Shown piece after piece: positions 13,024 to 24,171 of a stretch of DNA of 64,000 nucleotides. The translations under genes and the position numbers were made by a program. A model generated the notes under the pieces. That model searched no databases. It saw only the letters and a list, made by a program, of their open reading frames with translations, and had not been told where the DNA came from. Numbering within the stretch: the first letter of the stretch is position 1; each line of letters opens with the position of its first letter. Source of the stretch: Octopus bimaculoides. Lineage: Eukaryota. Location of the stretch: assembly GCF_001194135.2 (NCBI RefSeq), contig NC_068993.1, forward strand, positions 24,510,720 through 24,574,719, given 5' to 3'.

Positions 13024-14247
13024 NNNNNNNNNNNNNNNNNNNNNNNNNNNNNNNNNNNNNNNNNNNNNNNNNNNNNNNNNNNNNNATATATATTATATAT
13101 TATATATATATTACATATATATATATATTATATATATATTACATATATATATATATATATTATATATATATTACATATATATATAGACACACACACACAC
13201 ACACACACACACGCACGCATAGCTTCCGCTAGATGGTTTCAATTCATGGAGTACGTAGTGGATAGTTTCATTATGTTCAGTCATGCAACATAATCATTTC
13301 CATTGAATCCGTAACACTCTGGGTTCAATATCTTGAATATTACTCATTGATTTAGGCCACGTGGTGTTAGGTGAATCGATTCCCGTTTAACAAAACAATA
13401 ACGAATCAATGACTGAACAAAACTGAGTCTTATAACATTATTGTTATCTAACCGCCCGTACTGCGTGTCATGTAAGGGAAGATGTGAATGCATTACAACT
13501 TTGAACTTCTCGCTATAGGTCTTCCGTAAATTTACTCGATGTCTGAAGAACAAAGGTACATACATATACATACATACTCACATTCACACACTCATATATA
13601 TTCTTCCACTTCACTAATAAATGCCTGACACTAGACCTCAGCATCCAAGGATAAAGAAGTCGAAATAATGTAATTATGTATTCTGTTCTCAACTTAGGAA
13701 AGAATTCAATGCTTCCAGTACCTGCTGGGTCTCTTCACAGGTCCCATCTACAACAGTTGTATATTTACGGTTGTGGTGAAAATGAAAACTATTAAATGAA
13801 AGTGAAGATTGCAGTTCGCTGGTTATTTGCAAGGGAGTAAACTGTGGCAGCGGTGGCTGCGGTGATGACTACGACATTACATGATGATAATGCAGAAGAT
13901 GGAGGTGGCGGTGATGAGGCCTACGGCGATTCTGCATCATACCAGTAGTATGTTCTAGATAAATCTTAATGACTATATTATTAGTTGATGTCGATCAGCA
14001 ACAACAGAATCAGAACTACCATCATGTATATTCTAACCGTTTATCATATATATTTTCTTTCAGGTATGGTATGTGTAAGAGAGCAACACTCAAAATTGTA
14101 TTAATGCTTTTTCTTTTAAACGGGAGTATGTAATTTTTTAGATTTCGCTCCTAATTTTAGGTGTAATAGCCACATAGAAACTGGCTCATTGGTTTCAGTT
14201 ATTCTATATTTTAGAGGATGTGGTAGCTTTATGTAAGTATTAGCAGC

Positions 14248-14405
14248 TTACATTATTTACATTATTTACAATTGACGGATATTTGTCCTCATCTTGTGTT
14301 TGTTGTTAACACAACGTTTCTGCTGATATACCCTCCAGCCTTCATCAGGTGTCTTGGGGAAATTTCGAACCTGGGTTCTCATTTTTAAGGTATTTTTCGA
14401 TGTTG

Positions 14406-14437
<32 letters not shown>

Positions 14438-14448
14438 GTTATTATTAC

Positions 14449-14486
<38 letters not shown>

Positions 14487-14583
14487 TCACTGCCTGGAAT
14501 CGAACTCGGAATCTTGGGTTTAGTAGCCCGCACTCTTAACCACTACGCCATATGCCCGTGGGCATATGGCGTAGTGGTTAAGA
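14248..14583 (-). mobile_element. Composite non-autonomous element: tRNA-like head, (AAT/AAC)n spacer, Penelope-type tail with hammerhead, (TGTAAATAA)n end; inverted partial head copy at the 5' end
   Basis: Head 14557-14485 has box A TGGCGTAGTGG and box B GAGTTCGATTCC. Spacer 14401-14482, hammerhead 14353-14308, tandem end 14270-14248, palindrome 14534-14583. Confidence 0.75.
14308..14353 (-). ncRNA. Minimal type I hammerhead ribozyme-like motif (Penelope type)
   Basis: RNA GACAC-CUGAUGA-AGGCUG-GAGGGUAUAU-CAGCA-GAAA-CGU-U-GUGUU. Both core boxes are intact; stem I is GACAC/GUGUU, stem II GCUG/CAGC, and stem III the palindrome ACGU. Activity is untested. Confidence 0.65.
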
Positions 14584-14595
14584 TTGTTGTTGTTA

Positions 14596-14815
14596 AGGCA
14601 GCATGCTAGGAGAATTGTTAGCACACCGAGCAAAATGCTTAGCAGCATTTCGTCCGGCTGAGTTCAAATTCTGCCGAGGTTGTTTTGCCTTTCATCCTTT
14701 CGGGGTTGAGAAAATAAGTACAAGTCAAGCACTGGAGGTCGATATAATCGAGTAGCCTCCACCTCTACCCGCATTTTCAAGACTTGTGTCTACAGTCGAC
14801 GAGATTATTATGTTT
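14596..14815 (+). mobile_element. tRNA-related SINE (family C)
   Basis: Contains gttagcacaccgagcaaaatgcttagc, gagttcaaattc and gcctttcatcctttcggggttgagaaaataagtac; matches the copies at 24347 and 56390. Confidence 0.8.
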
Positions 14816-16199
14816 TATTATGTAGCTGAATTAGAATCAACCTTCCCTTTCAAAAGAGTATTTCAAGATATGTACATATTATTTAAAAGGAACGCACCTT
14901 TCTGCATCTGCAAGCTTTATTATTTGGTGAAAATCATATTCTGTTAGTGAGAAATTTTAAAAATAGAAAATACACTTGAATCTTTCCAACGAATTATTGT
15001 TGGATATTTCTGATGCACTCTGAATGATTTCGCGTTTTATGATCCCCTCAAAGCAACACTAAATATGTTTTGACACACGCTTTTTATTTCTCACTTGTCA
15101 GAGAGGATTGGGCCACTTTACTTCCCAAACATCTTAATAAAAGAGCCTAATATGTGTAAATGTTTTCATAATGTCTTTCACTTTATGAAGGCTGCAATTG
15201 GCTGCTCACAATAAAGGATTCGTTTGCCAACAACAAAAGCCATGGCTATTTGCCTCATGGGTGGAAACCATAATACTTAAGCAACAAAAGACGATCTCTT
15301 CACCTAGAAAGAAGTTTATGGGAAGTAAACTTTGTGGCAGTCGATTAATAAATGAAAATTAGCGTTATGATTCATCACCTGCCTAGCGGCATCTAAGTTG
15401 CGTTAGATGATGCAACAAATGCCTTTATTTCAAGAGGCTTTATTTCAATCGTCAGTCGTTAATGAGAGCTATATTCTACGCATTCTAGTAATCTACAAAA
15501 TGGGAGTAGCTTTACAATAAAAGGATGACACAGACTTCTAAAATGTTGTTGTTGACACCAATGATGTGCCATTATAGTGTCCTCTGATGCATTGTGTGCA
15601 TGTGCTACTATGTAATATCCTGCTGACGTAAGTCTAGCCTTAAATATGTGTCTGAGTAAATGTATTAATGCATGACTACGCTTGTGACTATGTGAAGGTG
15701 CTCTGTTCTGTTATAAAATGTTATTAATGAGACATTACTTTAAATGGTAACGGTATTGATGAAACCAATGTAGAATTAAACGTTTTGTTTAGAGTCTAGT
15801 TTATATATAAAATTATAACTGGCTACAGATATTAACAGATAAACCATCGTAATTCTCATTTATCTAAGCAAGATCATTTGCATAGTTATGAGCGCTTGTG
15901 ATTGTCGCGTCTCTTATTTTGTGTGTGTGTGTGAGTTCGCGCGTGAGTGCGTGCGTGCCTGTGGTAAGGAGTGTGTCTGTGTGTTCGTGTATATGTAATA
16001 TGTATGCTTGTTGCGACTTCATAGGTTGATTGTGTAAGGGTTGCAGGATTGTATGTGAATGTGTGTATGCATGAAGAAATGTATCTTTGTTAAGTTGTGT
16101 CATGTGAAAGTATGTGGGGCATAATTTAATGTGTATGTATGTTTACTGCTCGTATTTTGTTGTTGCGTGAATAGCATAAAACCGTTGAATACACATGCG

Positions 16200-16880
16200 C
16201 GTGTACATTTGTTACGAGTGGCGAGTGTAGTAGAAAAATATTGGGGTATGAGAATGGTGAGACTGGTAACTTGAGAGTGAAAGAGTTATAAGTTCGGAGA
16301 GAGAATATAAATTGCAGCGCTCGGCAAAGCCTGGAGTTTGCAGATCCGGTGTGTAAAACCAAGCTAAGCACAGATAGAGGATATTTTGAGTAGTCCATAG
16401 AGCAGAGCTAGTAAGAGTCACTACTCCGCCTGCCAAGCCTAATATCCGTGGAGATTTTCCATGAATTGGTCAGCCAAACGGCAGCGGGTTTTTTACATTT
16501 ATAGTGCATTGTAAACTGAAATACGGAAATTGCAGTGTGCTAATCGCAAGTAAGAAAGATGGTGCTGGTGAGGAATGGACAGGTGTGGAAACGTTGTCAT
16601 AAACAGGAGATAGATCAGAATTACTACGAAGAACTAAAAAGCTAGTAGGCCACGGAGGTTCTGGGCACGCTTGGAGAAATAAAGAGGCGGGTTAATTCAG
16701 AGGTGGTGTTCAGCAGTGTCAGAAAGGAAGGAGGTGGGAATGAGTAAGATCATAGGGTGGAAAGAATGAATAACATCATAAAGTTGAGGCATGGTGAGCA
16801 AAAATCACTTGGAATATGGTTGGTAAGAAGGCAAAAAGTGAACCTTGCGGGTAAGTTTAGCCCCTTGGACTTATTTAGGG
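16200..16880 (-). mobile_element. Penelope-like element fragment (zinc knuckle and GIY-YIG C-half), decayed
   Basis: Minus strand gives RFHTCPF (CxxCP-like), RLADQFMENL (RLADRFxEHL-like) and LSVLSLVL..GSANSR. Confidence 0.6.
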
Positions 16881-17553
16881 TTAACAATGCTAAATGAATA
16901 CATATACTATACCTGTGAGTTGTGTTCGCAGCTGCACCGGTGGCAGAGCCGGAGAATTGTGTGTGTGTGTATGTGTGTTGCAGGATTGATAGCCGGGCAT
17001 TAATAGCTGCAGCACTGACACCTATCCCATTATGTCATTTGATTTTAATTGATACACACACACACACATGTACTCTATGCAACGTAATAAGTTCCATTTA
17101 CATATCAAGAAAAGTATGTTCAAAAAAATATATTTATCGATAGCTTGCAAGCCACAAATGCCAGTAACTGATAAATGATATTACTTATGAAGAATAGCTA
17201 AATAGCTATGTTAAGATAGAATTAAGGAAATACAAACAATCTTCGACGAAAGAACATATTTAAAAGGAGTTATTGATAAAATACATTAACACGTATATAA
17301 ACATGTGTGTACATACGTTTGTATGTACGTGTATATATATGTGCAAGTGTATATTTTTTCGGTATTGACGTCATAGGAATTTTATAAGCTTTCGAGAGAA
17401 GGTGAATTCATTCCTCTTTGGAATATCTCGAATTACACATATGAAGCTATAAATATATCATGCAAATATTGGATTGAAAAATCTTTTGGGGTAGACGCTG
17501 TCGACTTTTGCAATATTTTTCAATATGTTTCAATGTTTTTAAAACAGGATTTT

Positions 17554-17890
17554 CTTAGGCTGCTAGAGCGTGTTCATCAAAAATGCTTGAAATGCATACT
17601 CAACATCAAGTGGCAAAGTCAAACATCTGACACAGAAGTTTTTGAAAAGGCAGGACGCACAAGCATCCATTTACTCATCATATCTATCCAAATGCTTTGA
17701 TAGGATCATGCTGTGTGCATGGAAGATAATAGGGTTCTGAAATAGTTGTTCAGCAGTGAGCTGTGCACTAGAAAGCGTTCTGAGCACAAAATGCATAAAA
17801 GACAATCTGAAGTAACTGCAGATCAATGTAAAGAAGCTAGTTCCAAAGAACTAGCTTTTGGAAAGAGCAGAATGGTAGAAGCGTATTAGG
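17554..17890 (+). mobile_element. RTE-clade LINE 3' fragment
   Basis: LRLLERVHQKCLKCILNIKWQSQTSDTEVFEKAG, then a GH.V.MEDNRVLK.LFSSEL..KDNLK-like stretch typical of the RTE/BovB ORF C-terminus. Confidence 0.75.
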
Positions 17891-17899
17891 CAAGGTTGT

Positions 17900-18590
17900 A
17901 GAATTATGAAGAGGGGCGTCTTCGGCCCGAAAACATTTAGCGCTGGTGTCAGAGAACATAAAGCGTTGGAGGTGTGAAAAGTGTGCCTGGTTATGTCAAC
18001 CATCCGAAGTCTCATGAAATCCATGAAAGATCAACTCTATGCAATGCGTTTCTCCAATGTAGCGTGTGAAATGCTTGCAAGTCGATTTCAAGTCTGAAGA
18101 TATAACAGTTCACAGTGATCATATCTAACAACCTGGTCCGATCCATATAGATCTGCAGTGGAACTGCATAATCATCTGAGAGTTCATTGACGGAATATCT
18201 GAAATGTCATTGACAACGTGGAAGCTCGGAGAGACGACAATCGTCTGTGAAGGGGGAACAATCATGATGTGTATCTACTCTTCAAACGGCGCAACCGAGA
18301 TGTATCTCCCAATGCTGCACCAGGAACTTTTATTATCCTCAAATTTCATATCGAATGTCTGTATCAATAACGTTCGATGTATTTGAGTACTCGTCGTCCT
18401 ACAATAGACTGCGGAAGCTTCCAAAGCATATTGAGATTTCCACTTCTGATATTTCTATCACGAAGCAGTAGCCAGCAAAGTCTACTCAGTGTTGCAGAGT
18501 AAGATAAGAAATAATGGAATCTTCCCGTAAATCTCCTTTGTGTATTTGTGCAGACGGACAGAGATGTTGTGTGTTCTAATGGGAATTCAA
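17900..18590 (-). mobile_element. Probable very old Penelope-like fragment
   Basis: YIGET on the minus strand near 18050 and a PLQIYMDRTRLLDMI stretch resembling the PLE linker; the similarity is weak. Confidence 0.35.
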
Positions 18591-18723
18591 GTTTATATAT
18601 ATATATATATTCAAAACAATCGTGAAGCAACATTTTCTTATTCTAAATTTTTTGTCCCGTTTTTGTATTCCTTTTTAAATACATATTGCGTCGTACGTAC
18701 ACTTTGATCTCTTATATGTAAGT

Positions 18724-18834
<111 letters not shown>

Positions 18835-19568
18835 AATTTTGTACTACTCTTATTCTTTCATTTTTTCTTTCTTTCTGTCAGCCCCTTCACACTTACTTCG
18901 TTCTTTCCACTCTTCTTTCTTTCGTTCCCCCTCTCTCACATTTCATGGCTTTCTCTTCATTTTCACCTTCCCTTTTCTTTTTTCTCGTCCATTCCTAACT
19001 CTTCTGTCCCTCTGCCTCTACCTCTCTCCTCTCTCTCCGCGTGACTGGTATTCGGCCAAGCCTGACCTTTCTTTCTTGGGTCGACTACAATCCGTGCAAC
19101 ACCTATATTCCTCACCATGCCTGTCATCCCTTATGTCCCTGCCGTAAGGCTGCACTTCCACACATGCCAGCTTAATTTGATTCGTCGTTAGTCGAAAGAT
19201 ACCAGTTGTTATATCTTGTTATTTGCATTTGCATTTGTGTACCATTTCTCCATTTTTTCCGTCCTTCTTTTCGTTTACATTCACTGCTTTTTTCCAAGTG
19301 CTCTTTCTTCTAGTGCTCTTAGCTTACATTTTCCTTGGGGGCTGACCAGATTGGAGCAATTTCGAGTATAACCAGCCGAAATTGCAAAGATAATCTGGAA
19401 CTCTATTGAGGAAAGGAAACTTCGAATGACCCGTCCGTGTTTTTTTCTTTTTCTGGCCCTTTTTGTATCACCAGTCTGGATGTTTTGCCCCATTTTTTGT
19501 ATTCCTTTTTATATACATATTGCGGCGTACGTACACTTTGCGCTCTCTCTCTCTCTCTNNNNNNNNNN

Positions 19569-19607
<39 letters not shown>

Positions 19608-19975
19608 TTGTGATACACAATGTGGATATGTAAGAAACGGAGTGTGAAATATCTAATGTGATTTGTAGGTACGTAGTATTTCGTTATGCAACCATCATAT
19701 ACTATAAATTACATTAGATATTTTTTTTATAAGTCAATATCACGTTCTGCTGTGTAACAATGCACTTTCTATAAAGTTTTTCATCTTCGATCTCATTGTT
19801 TGTTTACATCTGACGTCTCGTAGCAAAAATCAGTGCTAGCTATATTTTCTATAGGATATCTACAGACATAACCTTAATAAATAACATCATAAACAAGTCA
19901 TAAAAATATATTTATGCATTTAAGCGTTTAAGTGTAACAGAAAAGAATCTGAAAAAACAAAACAGTGGTACTTAC

Positions 19976-20799
19976 TTTCCCTCGCTCTTTTGTCTTTCAC
20001 CAGTGTCACCCAGTTTTAAAATGGCACTTGATAATGCCTCTGTATAGGCTGTGTCTTTCCGTACAGCAAATCCATAACCTTTCAAATCGAATGGATTCCC
20101 GATTTCCATAAGATCGCATTTGTCAGCAATTTCCCATCGAAGTGTCGGAGAATCCCAGATAAAGGCATATTTGGTGTTTCTTGCTCTAGCTAATCCTTCC
20201 TCTACCCTTTGTACAATGCTTTCGGGATTATATCTCATATGGAGCCACATCTTACTATAATGACTAATATTGGTGTGCTTGAAAAAGTCTTCAATTTGGC
20301 TCTCATTTACCGTTCCATAGTCATATGTTGTTTGATATGCTAGGTCTGCTGCATTTTCTATTGGTAAGTAAATGTTAGTAACAGTGAGAAAAGCAGCAAG
20401 ATTGGCTGTGTACACAGATATGATAATCAGTGAAAAAAGCCACCATGAACTACTTATGATTCTACTAGATACTGCTAACGGGGAACTCTTAAGACTTCCA
20501 CGTAGTAATGTTCCCCATATGTACCAAAAGCTCTCGAGGAAGTTGTGCGTATATTTGCGGTGTTTGTCAGAGTTGACTCGACTCACGCCAAACAATGCAA
20601 GGCTGACCACGAGAAAGGATAAAAATATTCCAATCCACACATAGTTTGATAACGGAAATAAAAACTGAAACATCCACACTGTTCTCTGTGGCTTCTTTAC
20701 GACCACTGTGGTACCTTTCGTCATGAATGACTTGGTAAAGTCCACCACTTGGGATCGCTCAGGGGTAACGCTAAATGGTGCCAAAGCAACATCAGCTTT
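19976..20799 (-). CDS. iGluR exon G (824 nt): end of S1, M1, M2 pore loop, M3, S2
   Basis: tttcag acceptor, KADVALAPFSVTPERSQVVDFT...VYTANLAAFLT...YGTV...AFIWDS...KGYGFA...ILKLGDTG, then aa|gtaagt donor. Phase 0 in, phase 2 out. Confidence 0.96.
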
Positions 20800-20802
20800 C
20801 TG

Positions 20803-20810
20803 AAATAATA

Positions 20811-20860
<50 letters not shown>

Positions 20861-20911
20861 CAGCAACAGCAGTAACAACAGAAATAATAATAATAATAAT
20901 AATAAGAATAA

Positions 20912-21001
<90 letters not shown>

Positions 21002-21008
21002 TAATATT
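20803..21008. repeat. (AAT)n microsatellite with AAC/AAG interruptions, abutting the exon G acceptor
   Basis: Direct reading. Confidence 0.97.
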
Positions 21009-21777
21009 GAAGCATAAACGAAACAGAATATATTACGTAACAGCAGAATATGTACAGATTGAAGAGAAACAACCATATTATTTCAGATAGCCCAGTCTTA
21101 GAGCAAAGAAGAATTCATTTAGAATTAAAATTCATGTGAAGCTTTCAAACGTTGAAAATTTTGCCAGTATGTCAAAAGTGGTGACGATTACAATGGTAAT
21201 GTTTGATCGCCAGAAAATAATTTCGATTCTAGTACAACTGAGAAACAAACTTCCTTTATAAGCATTAGATCATGAAGTTAGTGCTCATTTTTTTTACAGT
21301 GTCATTGCTGGTTTGTTTGAAGTAACGTAACTTCATCCAGCAGTTAAGTCTCACTCGGTAACCTAACGCGATAGTAGCTTATTCTTATACTGTAACAATA
21401 TTTTCGTATAATTACATAATTGACGAATATATATACTAGTTCAGTATACACATTGACACAGGCATATAGTTCATATCAATCTTTCATACACACCATCATA
21501 AAGAAATACAATAAACTTTTGCACTTAATGTATAACACTATCTAAATTCAATGCTCTCGCTTCTGAGCTTAATTCTGGTTAAGGTAAAATGGAGGTTTTT
21601 GTAAAAGACGTGAAGGTATAGTATTCTAAGTGAAGTACATTATAAATCATTTGTATTTGTGTGGGAGTATGTTTGTACAGAGAAAGAGAGAAAACGAGAG
21701 AGTGAACGCATATTTATGTGTGTATGTATGTACCCTTGTATTCTTACTTATTTGAAGCCTTAATGTAAGGGAGAAGC

Positions 21778-21900
21778 TAAGGCGGCGAGCTGGCAGGGTG
21801 GTTACCGCGCCTGAAAACATGCTTAGCGACTTGTCTTCCGACTTCACGCTCTGACTTCAACTTTTCTCACACCAATCTTACTGCACGTGACGGAGAACTG
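21778..21900 (+). mobile_element. SINE family C-related 5' part
   Basis: taaggcggcgagctggcag...catgcttagcg matches the head of the copy at 56390. Confidence 0.55.
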
Positions 21901-22748
21901 AGACCAATGGTGACGGCTGCCTATGAAAGATTTTCTAGAGTGACACACCAACGTCTGGTTGCATCAGTTAAGGGGACATCGATGATGAGGATGTTATATA
22001 GGAGGGTATATATTATCCAGTAATTAACTTTACATAATTCCATGATACTTTTTTTTGCACTATAACCGTGTAGTAACAATAAAATATATAACAGCAGGGC
22101 AACAACAACGTAACAATCCAACAAACTCTCTAAGAACTATACTCGAATCAACAAACTATATTCAGACTACTACCTAAACGACACCTTACGACTTCCGGCG
22201 ATTAACGCCTATTCTCTCTCATCTCACTCAGACCGCAACTATTTATTCGGTCAGTCTATTCTGACTGGGGGTGTCGTGACTCGCCACAACAGTATTCATA
22301 TATACATGTCAATATGTATTCAATAGCGCTTCTGGGAATGACTCGGTTAAGTGAATATGATATTCCTTCTCAGTGACCAAATATCTTTTAGATGGAAGGT
22401 TAGTTTATTTTTATCCATGAAGTAGTTGAAACATGGAACTGAATATCTCTGCAAAATATTTGTTTTACATTTCATTCCCAAGTAATATTCATATGTTGCT
22501 CTTAAAATTATGTATTTGGTGTATTTAGGGATCATTATCTTCAGTAGCATTGCAATATAGCATTTGAAAATAACACCTAAATCGAAACACTTTGGATTCA
22601 TATACTAGTTTGTTATTAACACAATTGCACACGCATTTAAAAAACCTGAATCACAATAAAAGCACGTAAGCATATAATTATATATCGGCATAATGTAGGG
22701 TAATATGAAATAAAAACTAAAAAGTAAGTTGTGATACATGATGCTTAC

Positions 22749-22970
22749 ATTATCAATTAATTCTCGAATCATTCCTGTCCAACCTCTTTTTTTCTTGCTG
22801 CCAAATTTTCCATCGGGTGCGAGATAAATTTCAAATTGAAATTTCAAAATCTTTGACATGGCTTTCAGTATATCGATGCAAAACCCCTCCAACTGCAGGC
22901 TATTTCTGGACTTAACTGGATCATCGTTTAGATAGTCGGTGGAATTTCTAACTTGAACAAACGGTGGTTC
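22749..22970 (-). CDS. iGluR exon F (222 nt): S1 lobe
   Basis: ttctattcag|EPPFVQ...LEGFCIDILKAMSKILKFQFEIYLAPDGKFGSKKKRGWTGMIRELIDN|gtaagc. Phase 0-0, joins exon G in frame (DN|KAD). Confidence 0.96.
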
Positions 22971-23073
22971 CTGAATAGAATAAAAGAATATTTTATTATG
23001 TGCAACAGCATTTGACTAGGTCACAATTGTAGATTCCCACCTACCATTCTCCTCTTTCTATCCCTCTTATTCT

Positions 23074-23121
<48 letters not shown>

Positions 23122-24171
23122 TCCTTCATTCATATTTTTATTTACACACACACACACACACNNNNNNNNNNNNNNNNNNNNNNNNNNNNNNNNNNNNNNN
23201 NNNNNNNNNNNNNNNNNNNNNNNNNNNNNNNNNNNNNNNNNNNNNNNNNNNNNNNNNNNNNNNNNNNNNNNNNNNNNNNNNNNNNNNNNNNNNNNNNNNN
23301 NNNNNNNNNNNNNNNNNNNNNNNNNNNNNNNNNNNNNNNNNNNNNNNNNNNNNNNNNNNNNNNNNNNNNNNNNNNNNNNNNNNNNNNNNNNNNNNNNNNN
23401 NNNNNNNNNNNNNNNNNNNNNNNNNNNNNNNNNNNNNNNNNNNNNNNNNNNNNNNNNNNNNNNNNNNNNNNNNNNNNNNNNNNNNNNNNNNNNNNNNNNN
23501 NNNNNNNNNNNNNNNNNNNNNNNNNNNNNNNNNNNNNNNNNNNNNNNNNNNNNNNNNNNNNNNNNNNNNNNNNNNNNNNNNNNNNNNNNNNNNNNNNNNN
23601 NNNNNNNNNNNNNNNNNNNNNNNNNNNNNNNNNNNNNNNNNNNNNNNNNNNNNNNNNNNNNNNNNNNNNNNNNNNNNNNNNNNNNNNNNNNNNNNNNNNN
23701 NNNNNNNNNNNNNNNNNNNNNNNNNNNNNNNNNNNNNNNNNNNNNNNNNNNNNNNTATATATATATATATATATTATCATTATTATTATCATTATTATTA
23801 TCATTATTATTATTATCATTAACTAGCGATCCAGAGAAGGAGTTAAGGATTGAGAGCGTTAATTAGAATATAGAGAAATACTACATAATCCAAGCTTATT
23901 TCATCAGTGATATCGAATTGCTTCCATAAAGTTTCGAAACTGCATTCTGTTTCACTTACGTCTTGCATTAGACTACTTGTTATAATTAAATTTTTCTATC
24001 AATAATTACCTTTTCAGATAAGACTCATTAGTTTGTTCAAAATTAATTAGATATGCTTGCTCTTTAGGGAATTCCGATATAGAACGTAAATTTATTTATG
24101 TACGCACTTCATATATATCTTTCCACTTCGCTACAACATATGCCGATTATATTAATAACTTCTGTGAAATG

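Noticed and set aside
9200-13760. ag|atgg sites near 9320 and 13750 tested as the KW(W) exon start
   Set aside because: Both hit early stops and encode no M4 helix.
14485-14557. Possible tRNA gene
   Set aside because: Box A and box B are present, but the acceptor, anticodon and T stems pair poorly and it is embedded in a repeat; it is a SINE-type head.
17905-17940. tgaagaggggcgtcttcggcccgaaaac hammerhead-like string
   Set aside because: C3 is absent and there is no stem III or cleavage triplet; too degenerate to call.
19200-19500. Minus-strand ORFs 19281-19493 and 19403-19618 as the next iGluR exon
   Set aside because: No acceptor in the required phase and no KWW or hydrophobic M4 segment.
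20800-21072. N-terminal extension of the 366-aa ORF (poly-Tyr/Cys/Leu)
   Set aside because: This is an intronic (TTA)n repeat upstream of a clear tttcag acceptor; exon F splices in frame at 20799.
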